A stretch of DNA of 60,550 nt, filler included. It is 6 parts of 6 records of this genome, joined end to end, with 100 filler letters (N's around TTAATTAATTAA, not from the genome) between each part and the next. Parts side by side here need not be neighbours in the genome. Positions count along the whole stretch, not along the records: positions 20,795 to 31,352 come from DRR723986_7883; 5 more parts are not named here. The stretch is one strand, 5' to 3'. Positions 21,039 through 31,452 of the stretch are shown here, piece by piece. How positions within the stretch are numbered: the first letter of the stretch is position 1; each line of letters begins with the position of its first letter. The position numbers and the translations under genes were made by a program. The notes beneath the pieces were generated by a model. That model was not told the origin of the DNA, searched no databases, and saw nothing but the letters and a program-made list of their open reading frames with translations.

Positions 21039-21527
21039 ATGAAATCCAACCGAATTCACGAAATGCTTGGGCTTGCCTCTGCCGCTGCCGAGTTTTGCGA
21101 CAGAACCATTCAGACAGTTGTAGCGCTACGGGACCGCCTTGGCCGCGCCACGCTGAAGCGGGACAGCCAACTTGTTGAAACTTTGAAAAAGCTTGATGCC
21201 GATCTTTTGGCCGCCGCTGTTGTCAACGCACGGCTCAGCGCTGAGCTGACGGTCCTGAACGATGAAGCTTCAAAGGCAGAAGAATTTGAAAAAGAGAAAG
21301 CCAGATACGAATTGGTTGAAACATCCGAGGGCGATTTTGTGTTTCGGATCAAAAACAGCATGGCCGATGAACAGCCCATTCACTATATTTGCCCTGTCTG
21401 CCTGAACCAGGATAAGACCATAAGCTTCATTGGTGGAAGGCACCGGAAAATCTGCCAAACCAACCGAAAACATGTGTTCAACTTCGGCAAGTCGGCTCCT
21501 GTTCTGACCCCCAAGGTCAGGCACTGA
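21039..21527 (+). CDS. Hypothetical coiled-coil protein with C-terminal CxxC (zinc-ribbon-like)
   Basis: Helical N-terminal region, then RYELV..., HYICPVC...C. Confidence 0.65.
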   Translation: MKSNRIHEMLGLASAAAEFCDRTIQTVVALRDRLGRATLKRDSQLVETLKKLDADLLAAAVVNARLSAELTVLNDEASKAEEFEKEKARYELVETSEGDFVFRIKNSMADEQPIHYICPVCLNQDKTISFIGGRHRKICQTNRKHVFNFGKSAPVLTPKVRH

Positions 21528-21628
21528 TCTCCACTCTTCGCCGTTTTGACCCATGTCAAAGACAGGTTCCTTGCTGTGCCATAAAAAGAGCCATGGGTGC
21601 GGCGAAATCGGAGGGTGGAGAATTGAGC

Positions 21629-21880
21629 ATGTTTTCAAAAGTCGGCAAGAGCGCCGACCTGTCCCAGCACATGGCGGACAGAGTTGGTGTGGATGTCAGT
21701 GGCATAATTGACCAAGATCCTGTGGCGGCTGGCAAGGTGTTCCGTTCGATCACACTGCGGTGCTCAAAGTGTGACCAGCAGACAGATTGCCTTGACTTGT
21801 TGTCCAAAAACGAACGGCTGGATGCGCCGCCTGATTATTGCTTGAACAAGCAGGTCCTTGGAACAATGAAGGACAAGTAG
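21629..21880 (+). CDS. DUF6455-like small Cys-rich Roseobacter protein
   Basis: MADRVGVD...RCSKC....C...L.....PPDYCLN. Confidence 0.75.
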   Translation: MFSKVGKSADLSQHMADRVGVDVSGIIDQDPVAAGKVFRSITLRCSKCDQQTDCLDLLSKNERLDAPPDYCLNKQVLGTMKDK

Positions 21881-22087
21881 GCCTCAAGTTGAGAGTTCTT
21901 ACCTGACGCCATACCTGAGTGCGCCCAAGGCCATGTAAAATATTGCTTCTGAAATGCTGTTTCAGATGAGATACTTCTATTGATCAAAGATTTGTCTCAC
22001 CACCTTATCAACACCAGCAATCGATGATGTGGTCCTTAAGAATATCGATATTTCAATTTCTTAGATGCTAAGAGAGGCCGGCTCAAA

Positions 22088-22636
22088 TTGCCAAAAATCG
22101 TTGACACGCTCAAAGCCGATCCGCTGAAATTTCTCAAGGTTTTCCCGATCAAGATCACAACTGCCGGGGAGTCTTGTATCAATGATAACGTTTCATACGG
22201 ACAAAAAAGCACATCTGGCTATCCAACAGAATTGGCGTTCAACACGGGCTATGCCTCCTTTGATGACCCCACCAAAACGGAAACATGCAAGGCTCATATC
22301 GTCAAAGCGCAGGTAGGTGGGTTAGATTTTTACACCCTGACTGATGACTGTGATTTGATGTTGACCAGTCAATTGAGCGGTTGCTGCATGGTCCTTGATC
22401 GGTCGGTTAACCCTCCGCGGGTCGCGCATTATTGGCCCGATAAGGCCAAGGGTGAGGACGGCAACACCGTCCAGACAGATCTCGAAGGCACGGCAAACCG
22501 AAAGCTTTACGGTCTCAAGAATTACACCACGCCCTATAGCTATGTTTTGGGGGTTCGGAACGGGGGGTGGCGGTTCTTCGCACAGGAACGGCCAATGGGG
22601 CGCGGCATTTCCCGCGCGTTAGAGATTTTTCTCTGA
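22088..22636 (+). CDS. Putative CNF1/BLF1-like cysteine deamidase domain protein
   Basis: LTSQLSGCCMVL followed by RVAH; AT-richer surroundings; TTG start after GAGAGG. Confidence 0.6.
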   Translation: MPKIVDTLKADPLKFLKVFPIKITTAGESCINDNVSYGQKSTSGYPTELAFNTGYASFDDPTKTETCKAHIVKAQVGGLDFYTLTDDCDLMLTSQLSGCCMVLDRSVNPPRVAHYWPDKAKGEDGNTVQTDLEGTANRKLYGLKNYTTPYSYVLGVRNGGWRFFAQERPMGRGISRALEIFL

Positions 22637-22657
22637 CCCCATTTGAGGAGACGAATA

Positions 22658-23743
22658 GTGAGAAAGCTGTTTTGGTTCTTGGGCGCTCTGCTGGCCTGCC
22701 TGATCGCTTATCTCGCGCTGTGGCCTGTTTCGGTGCGGCCTGTGGCCTGGGAGGTGTCTGAAAACCCCGGCTATACCAATGCTTTTGCTCCAAACGATCG
22801 GCTGTCATCGCTTGATCTGGTCGGGCTGGACGGTCGTCTGGGCCCCGAAGATGCGGATATCGGGCCAGATGGCCTTGTCTATGTGGCGAGCCACAAGGGG
22901 GAAATCCTGCGCGTTGAGGCGGATCGCAGTATCACGCCGTTTGCCCAGACATCTGGCCGCCCCTTGGGGATTGAGTTTGCGGACGATGGCACGCTTTACG
23001 TGGCGGATGCCTATCTTGGTTTGCTGTCTGTTGATCGCAGGGGGCAGGTGACATTGCTTGCCAATGAAACGGGCGACGAAAGTCCGATCCTTTATGCTGA
23101 CGATGTTGATATCGCGGCAGATGGGGCAGTCTATTTTTCAGATGCCTCAACCAGATTTGGGGCCGAGGCCAATGGCGGCACATTGCCTGCTTCGGTTTTG
23201 GACCTCGTTGAACACTCAGGCAATGGGCGTGTCCTGAAATATGATCCGGCCACCGGGAAAACGACGGTATTTGCAGAGGGATTGAACTTTGCCAATGGCG
23301 TCGCGGTGAGCGAGGCCAGCGATGCCGTGTTTGTCGTTGAAACCGGTGCCTACCGGATCTGGCGTTTTCCTTTGGATGGCAGCCCCGGTGAGGTTGTTTT
23401 GGATAATTTGCCGGGCTTTCCAGACAACATAAACAACGCCCCAGACGGCACCTTCTGGGTTGGCCTTGTCAGCCCGCGCAATGCCATCATGGACAACCTT
23501 GCAGGCAATCCGTTTTTGCGGCGGGTCATCATGCGATTGCCGGATGTGATGAAACCTGCGCCAACCCGTTATGGCTTGATCTTTCGAATGGACGCTACGG
23601 GCCGTGTCATCGAGACGTTTCAGGATCCCGCAGGCCGCTACGCCCTCACAACCGGGGCGGTCACACTGCCGGATGGGCGGATCGCAGTCACATCCCTGAC
23701 GGAACCGGCCTTGGGCCTGCTGATGATCTCTTCGGACAACTGA
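22658..23743 (+). CDS. Strictosidine synthase/SMP-30-like beta-propeller protein
   Basis: N-terminal TM, GPED, GRPLG, YFSDAS, FANGV, NLPGFPDNI. Confidence 0.92.
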   Translation: MRKLFWFLGALLACLIAYLALWPVSVRPVAWEVSENPGYTNAFAPNDRLSSLDLVGLDGRLGPEDADIGPDGLVYVASHKGEILRVEADRSITPFAQTSGRPLGIEFADDGTLYVADAYLGLLSVDRRGQVTLLANETGDESPILYADDVDIAADGAVYFSDASTRFGAEANGGTLPASVLDLVEHSGNGRVLKYDPATGKTTVFAEGLNFANGVAVSEASDAVFVVETGAYRIWRFPLDGSPGEVVLDNLPGFPDNINNAPDGTFWVGLVSPRNAIMDNLAGNPFLRRVIMRLPDVMKPAPTRYGLIFRMDATGRVIETFQDPAGRYALTTGAVTLPDGRIAVTSLTEPALGLLMISSDN

Positions 23744-23770
23744 ACCAGCGTGAATGGCCCGGCGGCTCTG

Positions 23771-24313
23771 TTATGCCGCGTCTTTCCATTTGACCGGCGT
23801 GACATAAACGATGCTATCGTCCACGCTGACCATGACTTCGCCGTCCTGAATGTTGACCTGCACTTTCATTGTGCGGTTGGCCATCGTGCCCAGCTCGCTT
23901 GTGGTGCTGTCCGAAAAGTTCATGATCTGGAGATTGTCAAATCGCGCGGTACTGTTTTTGATCTTATCCCACCAAGATCCAGCAGTCCGCCCGTAGGAAT
24001 AGACAATCACCTTGCCGGCTTTGCCGCAGGATTGGCGGATAATCTTTTCGCTGGGAAGCCCCAGCGCGACCCACAATTCAAGCTCGCCGCTAAGGCTTTT
24101 TTGCCAGATGTCCGGCTCGTCATCTACGGACAGCCCCTTTGTCATTTCCAGGGTCTCATCGGCATTCAGCGCAAAGGCAAGAATGCGCACCATCAAACGT
24201 TCATCCGTTTCCGAAGGATGTTTGGCCACCGTCAACTTGTGGGTTTCATAGTAGTGACGATCCATATCTGAAACGGAAAGCTCGACTTTGTAGATGGTGG
24301 CCTTTTGCGCCAT
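23771..24313 (-). CDS. yaeQ: YaeQ family protein
   Basis: MAQKATIYK...DMDRHYY...HPSETDERLMVR...DEPDIW. Confidence 0.93.
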   Translation of the reverse strand: MAQKATIYKVELSVSDMDRHYYETHKLTVAKHPSETDERLMVRILAFALNADETLEMTKGLSVDDEPDIWQKSLSGELELWVALGLPSEKIIRQSCGKAGKVIVYSYGRTAGSWWDKIKNSTARFDNLQIMNFSDSTTSELGTMANRTMKVQVNIQDGEVMVSVDDSIVYVTPVKWKDAA

Positions 24314-24527
24314 GATTTTTCCCGACATTGCAGCGTTAAAGATCCGTAGTGCGTCTGGCCGCTTTGTGAAAGCAGATAACGCCAAGGGTCGAGGCTTGTG
24401 ACATTTTGCGAGCATCTGCGCACCCCAGTGGAAAAACCCGAGCGGCCCTCATACGTTCCTTAAGAACCGGCCACAGCCCGCGATCAGGTTTGCCCAAAGC
24501 TGCTCAAGAAAAACCGCCATCTGCGCC

Positions 24528-25736
24528 TCACTCCGGCAGGCGCCAGACCAAGGCAACCGCGACCAGTTTCAGAACGCAGGGCAGTACGGCATAGCATAAC
24601 GTCAGCGCCCAAAGCGCCTGATCACTGTTGGGCTGCCCCGGTGTGAAACCGGCCCCCTGTAGCAGTGGCAGCAGGGCAAAAGATGTCAGCGCCAGCCCCA
24701 ATTTTCCCGCAAAGGACCATAGGCCAAACCCTTCGGAGGCCTTCAGCCCGGCCTTGTTAAGCGCGCCAGAAAACAGCACCGGCAGGATCACCATTTCAGC
24801 CCCAAGGGCCGCGCCGGAGGCCGCGCAGATGGCTGCCATGCCAAAACTGCTGCCTGCGGGCAGGAATGCCGCGCCGATGAAACCTGCAATGGCCAGCGGC
24901 ATCGCCAGCAACAATACCTTGCGCGGGGACATGTGCCGCGCCAGCACGGTCCAGCCCGGCACACAGACCAGGGCCGCGGCAAAGAACACCAGCAAAAGCA
25001 AACCGGCTTGCCCCTGAAGCTGCAACCGGTCTTCGACAAAGAACACAAACAGGGTAGAGGTCACCGCAACCGGCAACCCGTTGACCAAGGCCAGAAGCAA
25101 CAGACGCCCAATTGCCGGATCGCGATACCGGGCGATGGAGAACCCCTCAGCGGGCAGGGGGATGCGCCGCCATAGCGGGGCGGTGAGCAAGGCAGCCAGC
25201 ACCCCGATGGCGCAAAGGCCAAGACCGAACAGCAGATAACCATCGCCGCCCAACGCCGCAAACCCCAACGGGGCCACGGCGGCAAAGATCACCCCGGCCA
25301 ACATGCCAGTTTCGCGAAATGCGGCCAATCGCATGGTGTCGGGCAGGGCGCTGCCCGGTGCCAAGGTCGCCGTGCGCCCGTACAAAAGGATCATTCCCAA
25401 GCTATAGGCCGAAAACAACAGCACCAAGGTCAAGGTCAGCCACAGTGCCACCTGCGGCCCCGCCTCAAGCGAAAACAGCAGCGGAAACCCGATAGACAGG
25501 CCAAGCAGGGCCGCCGTGCCAAAGATCCACTGGGCGCGGGGCCAACGGTCAATGGCCCAGCCAATTGCGGGATCCTGCACCAGATCAATCGCGCGGATGG
25601 CCAGTAAGATCACGCCAAGCGTGGCAAGGCTCATCTCAAGTTCTACCGCTGCAAACCGTGGAAGATGGATATAAAGCGGCACGCCAGCCGCAGCCAATAC
25701 GAAGGCAAAAAGGCTCACACGGGGAAGATGCATCAC
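24528..25736 (-). CDS. MFS transporter (MFS_2/GPH-like)
   Basis: About 12 TM segments, D...DP.IG...DR motif. Confidence 0.85.
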   Translation of the reverse strand: MMHLPRVSLFAFVLAAAGVPLYIHLPRFAAVELEMSLATLGVILLAIRAIDLVQDPAIGWAIDRWPRAQWIFGTAALLGLSIGFPLLFSLEAGPQVALWLTLTLVLLFSAYSLGMILLYGRTATLAPGSALPDTMRLAAFRETGMLAGVIFAAVAPLGFAALGGDGYLLFGLGLCAIGVLAALLTAPLWRRIPLPAEGFSIARYRDPAIGRLLLLALVNGLPVAVTSTLFVFFVEDRLQLQGQAGLLLLVFFAAALVCVPGWTVLARHMSPRKVLLLAMPLAIAGFIGAAFLPAGSSFGMAAICAASGAALGAEMVILPVLFSGALNKAGLKASEGFGLWSFAGKLGLALTSFALLPLLQGAGFTPGQPNSDQALWALTLCYAVLPCVLKLVAVALVWRLPE

Positions 25737-25884
25737 AGGCGGCCTTACCTTTCACAGGAACGTCTGTCTCTGCTACGGTCAGGGCGGCCAAATGGATCAC
25801 TCAGGAGCACCGATATAGCGTTTTCGCGTGCTTCCCGGTGAATGTCGCGCCCGGATCAGGCCGGACGCGCCAATCGGTTATGGA

Positions 25885-26238
25885 TCATTCAGCGCTGCCG
25901 CCAAACTGTTCCCATGCGTCCATCGCTTGCGCGGCGTACATCAGGGACGGCCCGCCGCCCATGTAGATTGCCACGCCCAGCATTTCCTGAAATTCCTGCC
26001 GCGTTGCTCCCAGCCGCAACAGCGCCTTGGTGTGAAACCCGATGCACCCGTCACAGCGCAGTGCAATCGCGATCCCCATCGAAATCAGCTCTTTGGTTTT
26101 GCCATCCAATGCGCCCTCGGCCTCGGCGTGTTTGGCCATATCCCCAAACCCCTTCATCGTGTCTGGGATGCCCTTGCGCAATGCGCCGATCTGGGTTGCG
26201 ATGCCTTTGGTCAGGTCAGGATAATTCTGTGTGCCCAC
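25885..26238 (-). CDS. Carboxymuconolactone decarboxylase/AhpD family protein
   Basis: GALDGKTKELI...RCDGCIGFH...MGGGPS. Confidence 0.92.
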   Translation of the reverse strand: MGTQNYPDLTKGIATQIGALRKGIPDTMKGFGDMAKHAEAEGALDGKTKELISMGIAIALRCDGCIGFHTKALLRLGATRQEFQEMLGVAIYMGGGPSLMYAAQAMDAWEQFGGSAE

Positions 26239-26346
26239 GGGGGTGGTCCTTTGCTTTGTTGCTGTCCCCGTGAGTTTAGCCGCTCTGCCCGCAGGCCGCG
26301 TTGAGATGGATCAAACCCGCTGCCGGATGGCCGGATTGACCATGCG

Positions 26347-27945
26347 TCAAAACCCAATTGCCGCCCCGTCCTTGCGCGGGTCCGATCCGCCAGCGTAACC
26401 GCCACCGCCCGGCAAACGGCGGATCAACTGCGCCCCGCCAAAGCCAAAGGCGTTGTCCGGTGCCTCCAGCGCGATTTCATGCCCCAGAGCAGCAAGCGCG
26501 GTCAAAGTCGCCTCGGGCAGGGTGGTCTCGCAGGCCAGACCCAGCCCTTCGGTCACCCGCCAGCGCGGCGCATCGGCGGCCATCTGCGGATCTTGATCAA
26601 ACAATTCGCAACGCAGCAGCATTTGCACATGACCCTGCGCCTGCATCGGCCCGCCCATCACGCCAAAACTCATGCGCGGCCCCTCAGGCCCCATGACGAA
26701 ACCGGGAATGATGGTGTGAAAAGGGCGCTTGTTCGGGCCAACGTGGTTTTGGTTGGCAGGATCAAGCGAGAACCCCGCGCCGCGATTTTGCAAGGCGATG
26801 CCGGTGCCCGGCACCACCACACCTGAGCCGAACCCGGCATAGTTCGACTGAATGAAGGACACCATCATGCCTGATGCATCCGCTGCAGTCAGATAAACCG
26901 TGCCGCCTTGTTTAGGCGCCCCCGCACCAAAATCCTGCGCCCGCGCCGGATCAATCAACGCCGCCCGCGCCTTGAGGTATGCGTCATCCAGCAAATCGTC
27001 CGAACCAACGCGGTTCATATGGCCCGGATCGCCCACATAGGTTTCGGCATCCGCCAAGGCCAGCTTCATCGCCTCGATCTGCAAATGCATCGCTTGCGGA
27101 TCATCTGCATCCAGATCGCGAATGGCCGTATGGTTCAGCATCCCCAACGCCATCAACGCCGCAATCCCCTGACCGTTGGGCGGGATCTCATGCAAGGTCA
27201 CATCATCAAAGCTTTTTGAGATGGTGCCGCACCAATCTGCCTCATGGGCGGCCATATCAGCCGCTGTCAGGGCCGCGCCGTGCTCTGCGGCAAAGGTGGC
27301 GATCTTCTGGGCGATGTCCCCATGATAAAAGGCCTCGCCCTTGGTTTCGGCAATCCGGCGCAGGGTGTGGGCATGGCCGGGGCTGGCAAATATCTCTCCG
27401 GCCTTTGGGGCGCGGCCATTGGGCATAAAGGTTTCGGCAAATCCGGGTTGTGGGTGCAATTCCTCTGCCGCCCGCGCCCAGAGGCTGGCAATGACGGGTG
27501 AGACGGGAAACCCGCTTTCGGCATAGCGGATGGCGAGTACGAACAGATCGGCGAAAGGCAGTTTGCCAAACCGGTCTGACAGCATCACCCAAGCCGAGAC
27601 CGCGCCGGGCACCGTCACACTTTCCCAGCCGCGAAAAGGCATTTCGGTTTGACCAGCAAACCGGTCAGCCGTCCACCCCGCAGGGGAGCGGCCAGAGGCA
27701 TTGAGACCGTGCAGCTCTTTGCTATCCCAAAGGATCGCAAAGGCGTCTGATCCGATGCCATTGCCTGTTGGTTCCAGCACCGTCAGGGCAATCGCCGCAG
27801 CCAGCGCCGCATCTACTGCATTGCCGCCCCGCGCCAGCATTCCGACACCGGCCTGCGCTGCCAATGGCTGCGAGGTTGCCACCATATTACTGGCCAAAAC
27901 CGCCGAGCGGCGAGAGGGATAGGGGTGGTGGGCGCGCAGTTGCAT
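26347..27945 (-). CDS. Gamma-glutamyltransferase family protein
   Basis: ATSQPLA, GGNAVDAA, GTVYL (Ntn Thr), QSNY.GFGSG, RPFHTIIP, SDPRKDG. Confidence 0.95.
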   Translation of the reverse strand: MQLRAHHPYPSRRSAVLASNMVATSQPLAAQAGVGMLARGGNAVDAALAAAIALTVLEPTGNGIGSDAFAILWDSKELHGLNASGRSPAGWTADRFAGQTEMPFRGWESVTVPGAVSAWVMLSDRFGKLPFADLFVLAIRYAESGFPVSPVIASLWARAAEELHPQPGFAETFMPNGRAPKAGEIFASPGHAHTLRRIAETKGEAFYHGDIAQKIATFAAEHGAALTAADMAAHEADWCGTISKSFDDVTLHEIPPNGQGIAALMALGMLNHTAIRDLDADDPQAMHLQIEAMKLALADAETYVGDPGHMNRVGSDDLLDDAYLKARAALIDPARAQDFGAGAPKQGGTVYLTAADASGMMVSFIQSNYAGFGSGVVVPGTGIALQNRGAGFSLDPANQNHVGPNKRPFHTIIPGFVMGPEGPRMSFGVMGGPMQAQGHVQMLLRCELFDQDPQMAADAPRWRVTEGLGLACETTLPEATLTALAALGHEIALEAPDNAFGFGGAQLIRRLPGGGGYAGGSDPRKDGAAIGF

Positions 27946-28084
27946 GAGGAACCTCCAGACACTTGGATATGCCGCCAGTAAGGCCGATTTTTTGCCAAGG
28001 TGCCAGTGGTCAAAGCAAGGGGCATGCGGGTGGATTGTGCCTGCCGCATGGGCCGCATAGATTGGCCGGGCAAGGAGACACCAC

Positions 28085-29053
28085 ATGACCCAATCGCCCC
28101 TCGTCCTGCAACAGGCTGCCGCCAGCGTTCAGGCCCGCCGCCGCATTGCGCAATGGTTGCCGCCGACCCCCTGTCTGCCGTCAAAACGGGTGTTTGAGGA
28201 TGGCACAGGTCTGTTCTTCAAGGCCGAGAATTTTCAGCGCACGGGTTCGTTCAAGTTTCGCGGGGCGCTGTCGAAACTGACGTCCCTGCCTGTGGACCAG
28301 CCGGTGATCACCGCCTCCTCGGGCAATCACGGCATCGCGCTGTCTACGGCGGCGCAGATCACGGGCCATCAATTGGCCGTGGTGCTGCCGGAAACGGTGG
28401 CTCAAGATAAGCTGAACAAGATCAAGGCCTTGGGTGTCGAGGTGATCTTGCATTCCAATGATTCAGGTCTTGCAGAACGTCATGCGCGAGTCGTCGCAGA
28501 AGAGCGCGGGCATACCTATGTCTCGCCCTATAACGATGCGCAGATCATCGCCGGACAAGGCACTCTGGCGCTTGAGCTGTTGGAACAATTGCCGCAGATC
28601 GACAACGTTTTTGTCTCTCTGGGGGGCGGCGGGTTGATCTCGGGCATCGGATCGGTGCTCAAGGCGTTTTCGCCGCGGACCCGCATGATCGGGGTCAGCG
28701 CCATCAATTCCGCCGCGCTGGACGCCAGCGTGAAGGCAGGCAAAACCGTTGATGTGGTCCATTCCGATACGCTTGCAGACGGCTGCGCGGGCGGCATCGA
28801 CGAAGGTACGATCACCCTGCCGCTGGTATCGGAGGTGGTGGATGAGTTCATCACCTGCACCGAAGACCAGATCGCCGAAGGCATGCGGCGCATAGCCTGG
28901 GATGAAAAGATGCTGGTCGAAGGCTCCGCCGGGTTGGCATTGGCCCCTTGGTTGGAGGATCAGCCGCGCTTTGCCGGGCAAACGTCTGTTATCGTGCTGT
29001 GCGGGGCCAATTTTGATCGGGCCACGGTTGCGCCGGTGTTGGGGCTAGGGTAA
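28085..29053 (+). CDS. PLP-dependent threonine/serine dehydratase family protein
   Basis: KAENFQRTGSFKFRGA, SSGNHG, GQGT, GGGGL. Confidence 0.93.
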   Translation: MTQSPLVLQQAAASVQARRRIAQWLPPTPCLPSKRVFEDGTGLFFKAENFQRTGSFKFRGALSKLTSLPVDQPVITASSGNHGIALSTAAQITGHQLAVVLPETVAQDKLNKIKALGVEVILHSNDSGLAERHARVVAEERGHTYVSPYNDAQIIAGQGTLALELLEQLPQIDNVFVSLGGGGLISGIGSVLKAFSPRTRMIGVSAINSAALDASVKAGKTVDVVHSDTLADGCAGGIDEGTITLPLVSEVVDEFITCTEDQIAEGMRRIAWDEKMLVEGSAGLALAPWLEDQPRFAGQTSVIVLCGANFDRATVAPVLGLG

Positions 29054-29992
29054 CGCGCCCAGCCAGAACCAGACCGACAGGATCGAAACCGCAGTTGCGA
29101 TCAACACCGAGGAGGCCGCCACCCGCCGCGCCCGGCCATACATGTTGGCAAAGATATAGGCGTTGAACCCCGGCGCCATCGCGGCGGTCAGAACGCCGGA
29201 CCGGAAGGCATCCGTGGGCAGGGACAATGCTGATCCAAAGGTCCAGACCAAAGCCGGATGCACCAAAAGCGCGACGGCGCACACCATGGCGATCGCTTTC
29301 ATATCACCCTCGGGCCGGTATTGGATCAACACGCCGCCAAGCGCAAAAAGCGCGGCGGGCAGGGCGGCACGTACGATCAGGGACAATGCGTCCTCAACAA
29401 CGGTGGGCAGGACCAGCCCGCTGAGATTGACCGCAAATCCGGCCAGAATCCCAATCACCAGCGCATTGCGGAACATCGCGCGGCCCACATTGCGCAGCAT
29501 GGTCAGCCCGGTTTCACCGCGGTTGCGCACCACTTCCATGACCGTGATGCCCAGCCCGTAGCAAAACGGCGCGTGAAAGGCGACGATGGCAAAGTTGCCC
29601 GCCAGCGCATCGGTGCCGTAGGCCCGTTCGGTGATCGGCAGGCCCAGCAGGACAGAGTTGGAAAACAGACAGCAAAAGCCGATGGCAACGCAGTCTTCCC
29701 AATCGCGCTTGAACAACAGCCGCGCCCCAAAGATGCCGAGGGCAAAACAGACCGCCGCGCCGCCAAAAAAGCTGACCATCAGCGCCGGGGTCAGCGAGGC
29801 GGAGAGATCCAGATGCGCAATGGCCTGAAACAGCAGGCAGGGGATGGCGAAGTTCTGGGTGAATTTCATCACCCCGTCGATGCCCGAGGCCGGAAACAGC
29901 TTGGCCCAGACCGCGACATAGCCAAAGCCGATGACCAGAAAGACGGGCAGAATGACATCAAGCAGGGTTTGCACGTCGGAGGCCTTGGTCAT
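29045..29992 (-). CDS. AEC family transporter
   Basis: ILPVFLVIGFGY, FSNSVLLGLP. Confidence 0.9.
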   Translation of the reverse strand: MTKASDVQTLLDVILPVFLVIGFGYVAVWAKLFPASGIDGVMKFTQNFAIPCLLFQAIAHLDLSASLTPALMVSFFGGAAVCFALGIFGARLLFKRDWEDCVAIGFCCLFSNSVLLGLPITERAYGTDALAGNFAIVAFHAPFCYGLGITVMEVVRNRGETGLTMLRNVGRAMFRNALVIGILAGFAVNLSGLVLPTVVEDALSLIVRAALPAALFALGGVLIQYRPEGDMKAIAMVCAVALLVHPALVWTFGSALSLPTDAFRSGVLTAAMAPGFNAYIFANMYGRARRVAASSVLIATAVSILSVWFWLGALP

Positions 29993-30063
29993 TGTGGGGG
30001 CGTTGCAGTGGGGGTTTCACACCCCCACACACCCCCGTGGAGGTTTAAAAGGCCAAATGAAGA
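29993..30063. repeat. Roseobacter-type intergenic palindromic repeat
   Basis: Nested GGGGG/CCCCC inverted repeats (GTGGGGG-TTTCACA-CCCCCAC) ending ...GGCCAAATGAAG; resembles REP-like elements of Rhodobacteraceae (from memory). Confidence 0.5.
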
Positions 30064-30864
30064 TCAGTCGATCTCGAAGTTGAGCGTCATACCGTCATAG
30101 GCGGGCGAAATATGCGCGGGCAGTTCGCCGCGCAGGGTCTGGTAATCCAGATCGTTGTGCATGTTGGTCAGCACCGCCTCTTGCGGGGCCATGTCTTTGA
30201 TCCATTGCAGAGTTTGGTCCAGATGGCTGTGGGTCGGATGCGGATCGCGGCGCAGCGCGTCGACGATCCAACAGCGCAAGCCTTGGAGGTGCGGCCATAT
30301 GTCATCGGGAATATGTGCAACATCAGGCAGATAGGCAACGTTGTTCATCTTGAACCCAAGTGCGTCCATGCCGCCGTGATTGACCAGAAACGGCGTGAAG
30401 GTCAGCGTGCCGCCTGCGCCCTCAATGGTCACGTCGCCCTCGATATTATGCATGTCGAGTATGGGCGGATACATCGACCCTTCGGGGCGGATGAAGGCAT
30501 AGCCGAAGCGTTCCAACAGGGCTGCGCGTGTGGGTTCATCAGCCCAGACCGGCAGGCGCTGGCGCATGTTGATGACCAGCATGCGCAGATCATCGAGCCC
30601 GTGCACATGATCCGCATGGGAATGGGTGTAGAGCACGGCATCGAGGCGGCCCACCTCGGCATCGAGCAATTGTTGGCGCATATCAGGGGAGGTGTCGATC
30701 AGCACCGATGTTGTGCCCTTTGGCCCGATCCGTTCCACCAGCGCCGAACAGCGGCTGCGGCGGTTTTTTGGTTCATTCGGATCGCAGGCCCCCCAATGCC
30801 CACCAAGGCGCGGCACCCCGCCCGAAGAGCCGCAGCCCAGGATGGTGATGCGCATTTGAGCCAT
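30064..30864 (-). CDS. MBL-fold hydrolase (PhnP-like)
   Basis: LGCGSSGGVP, THSHADHVHGLDDLR; downstream of tatD. Confidence 0.93.
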   Translation of the reverse strand: MAQMRITILGCGSSGGVPRLGGHWGACDPNEPKNRRSRCSALVERIGPKGTTSVLIDTSPDMRQQLLDAEVGRLDAVLYTHSHADHVHGLDDLRMLVINMRQRLPVWADEPTRAALLERFGYAFIRPEGSMYPPILDMHNIEGDVTIEGAGGTLTFTPFLVNHGGMDALGFKMNNVAYLPDVAHIPDDIWPHLQGLRCWIVDALRRDPHPTHSHLDQTLQWIKDMAPQEAVLTNMHNDLDYQTLRGELPAHISPAYDGMTLNFEID

Positions 30865-31352
30865 CAGGCTGGCACCTGATATGCCGCGGCCTTGGCAAAC
30901 AAGAGATCAAAGTTGGCCTGGGTCTGGGCCGCGAAGTCGGCGTAATCTAGCCCGAATGTTTCCGCCGCCCTTTGCGCGGTATGGGCAGTATAGGCGGGTT
31001 CATTGCGCTTGCCGCGATGGGGCGGCGGGGCAAGGTAGGGCGCGTCGGTTTCCACCAGGACGCGGTCCACCGGGCAGTTGGCAAAAATCTCGCGCAGTTC
31101 GGTGGATTTGGGAAAGGCTGTGATGCCCGACATGCTGAGGTAAAACCCCAGATCCAGCGCGGCGCGGGCCAGCGCGGGGGAGGAGGAAAAGCAATGCATC
31201 ACGCAAGAATACGATCCTTGCTTGAACTCCTCAGCAAGGATGCGGGCCATATCCTCATCGGCGTCGCGGGCATGAATGATAAGCGGCAGGCCGGTTTGCC
31301 GGGCCGCATCGATGTGAATGCGCAGCGAGGTTTTCTGCACCTCGGCGCTGTC
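30864..31352 (-). CDS. tatD: TatD family hydrolase (5' partial)
   Basis: PLIIHARDA, VMHCFS, VETDAPYLAP..RGKRNEP. Confidence 0.93.
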   Translation of the reverse strand, partial: DSAEVQKTSLRIHIDAARQTGLPLIIHARDADEDMARILAEEFKQGSYSCVMHCFSSSPALARAALDLGFYLSMSGITAFPKSTELREIFANCPVDRVLVETDAPYLAPPPHRGKRNEPAYTAHTAQRAAETFGLDYADFAAQTQANFDLLFAKAAAYQVPA

Positions 31353-31452
31353 NNNNNNNNNNNNNNNNNNNNNNNNNNNNNNNNNNNNNNNNNNNNTTAA
31401 TTAATTAANNNNNNNNNNNNNNNNNNNNNNNNNNNNNNNNNNNNNNNNNNNN
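31353..31452. other. Artificial contig linker
   Basis: N-run plus TTAATTAATTAA. Confidence 0.99.
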
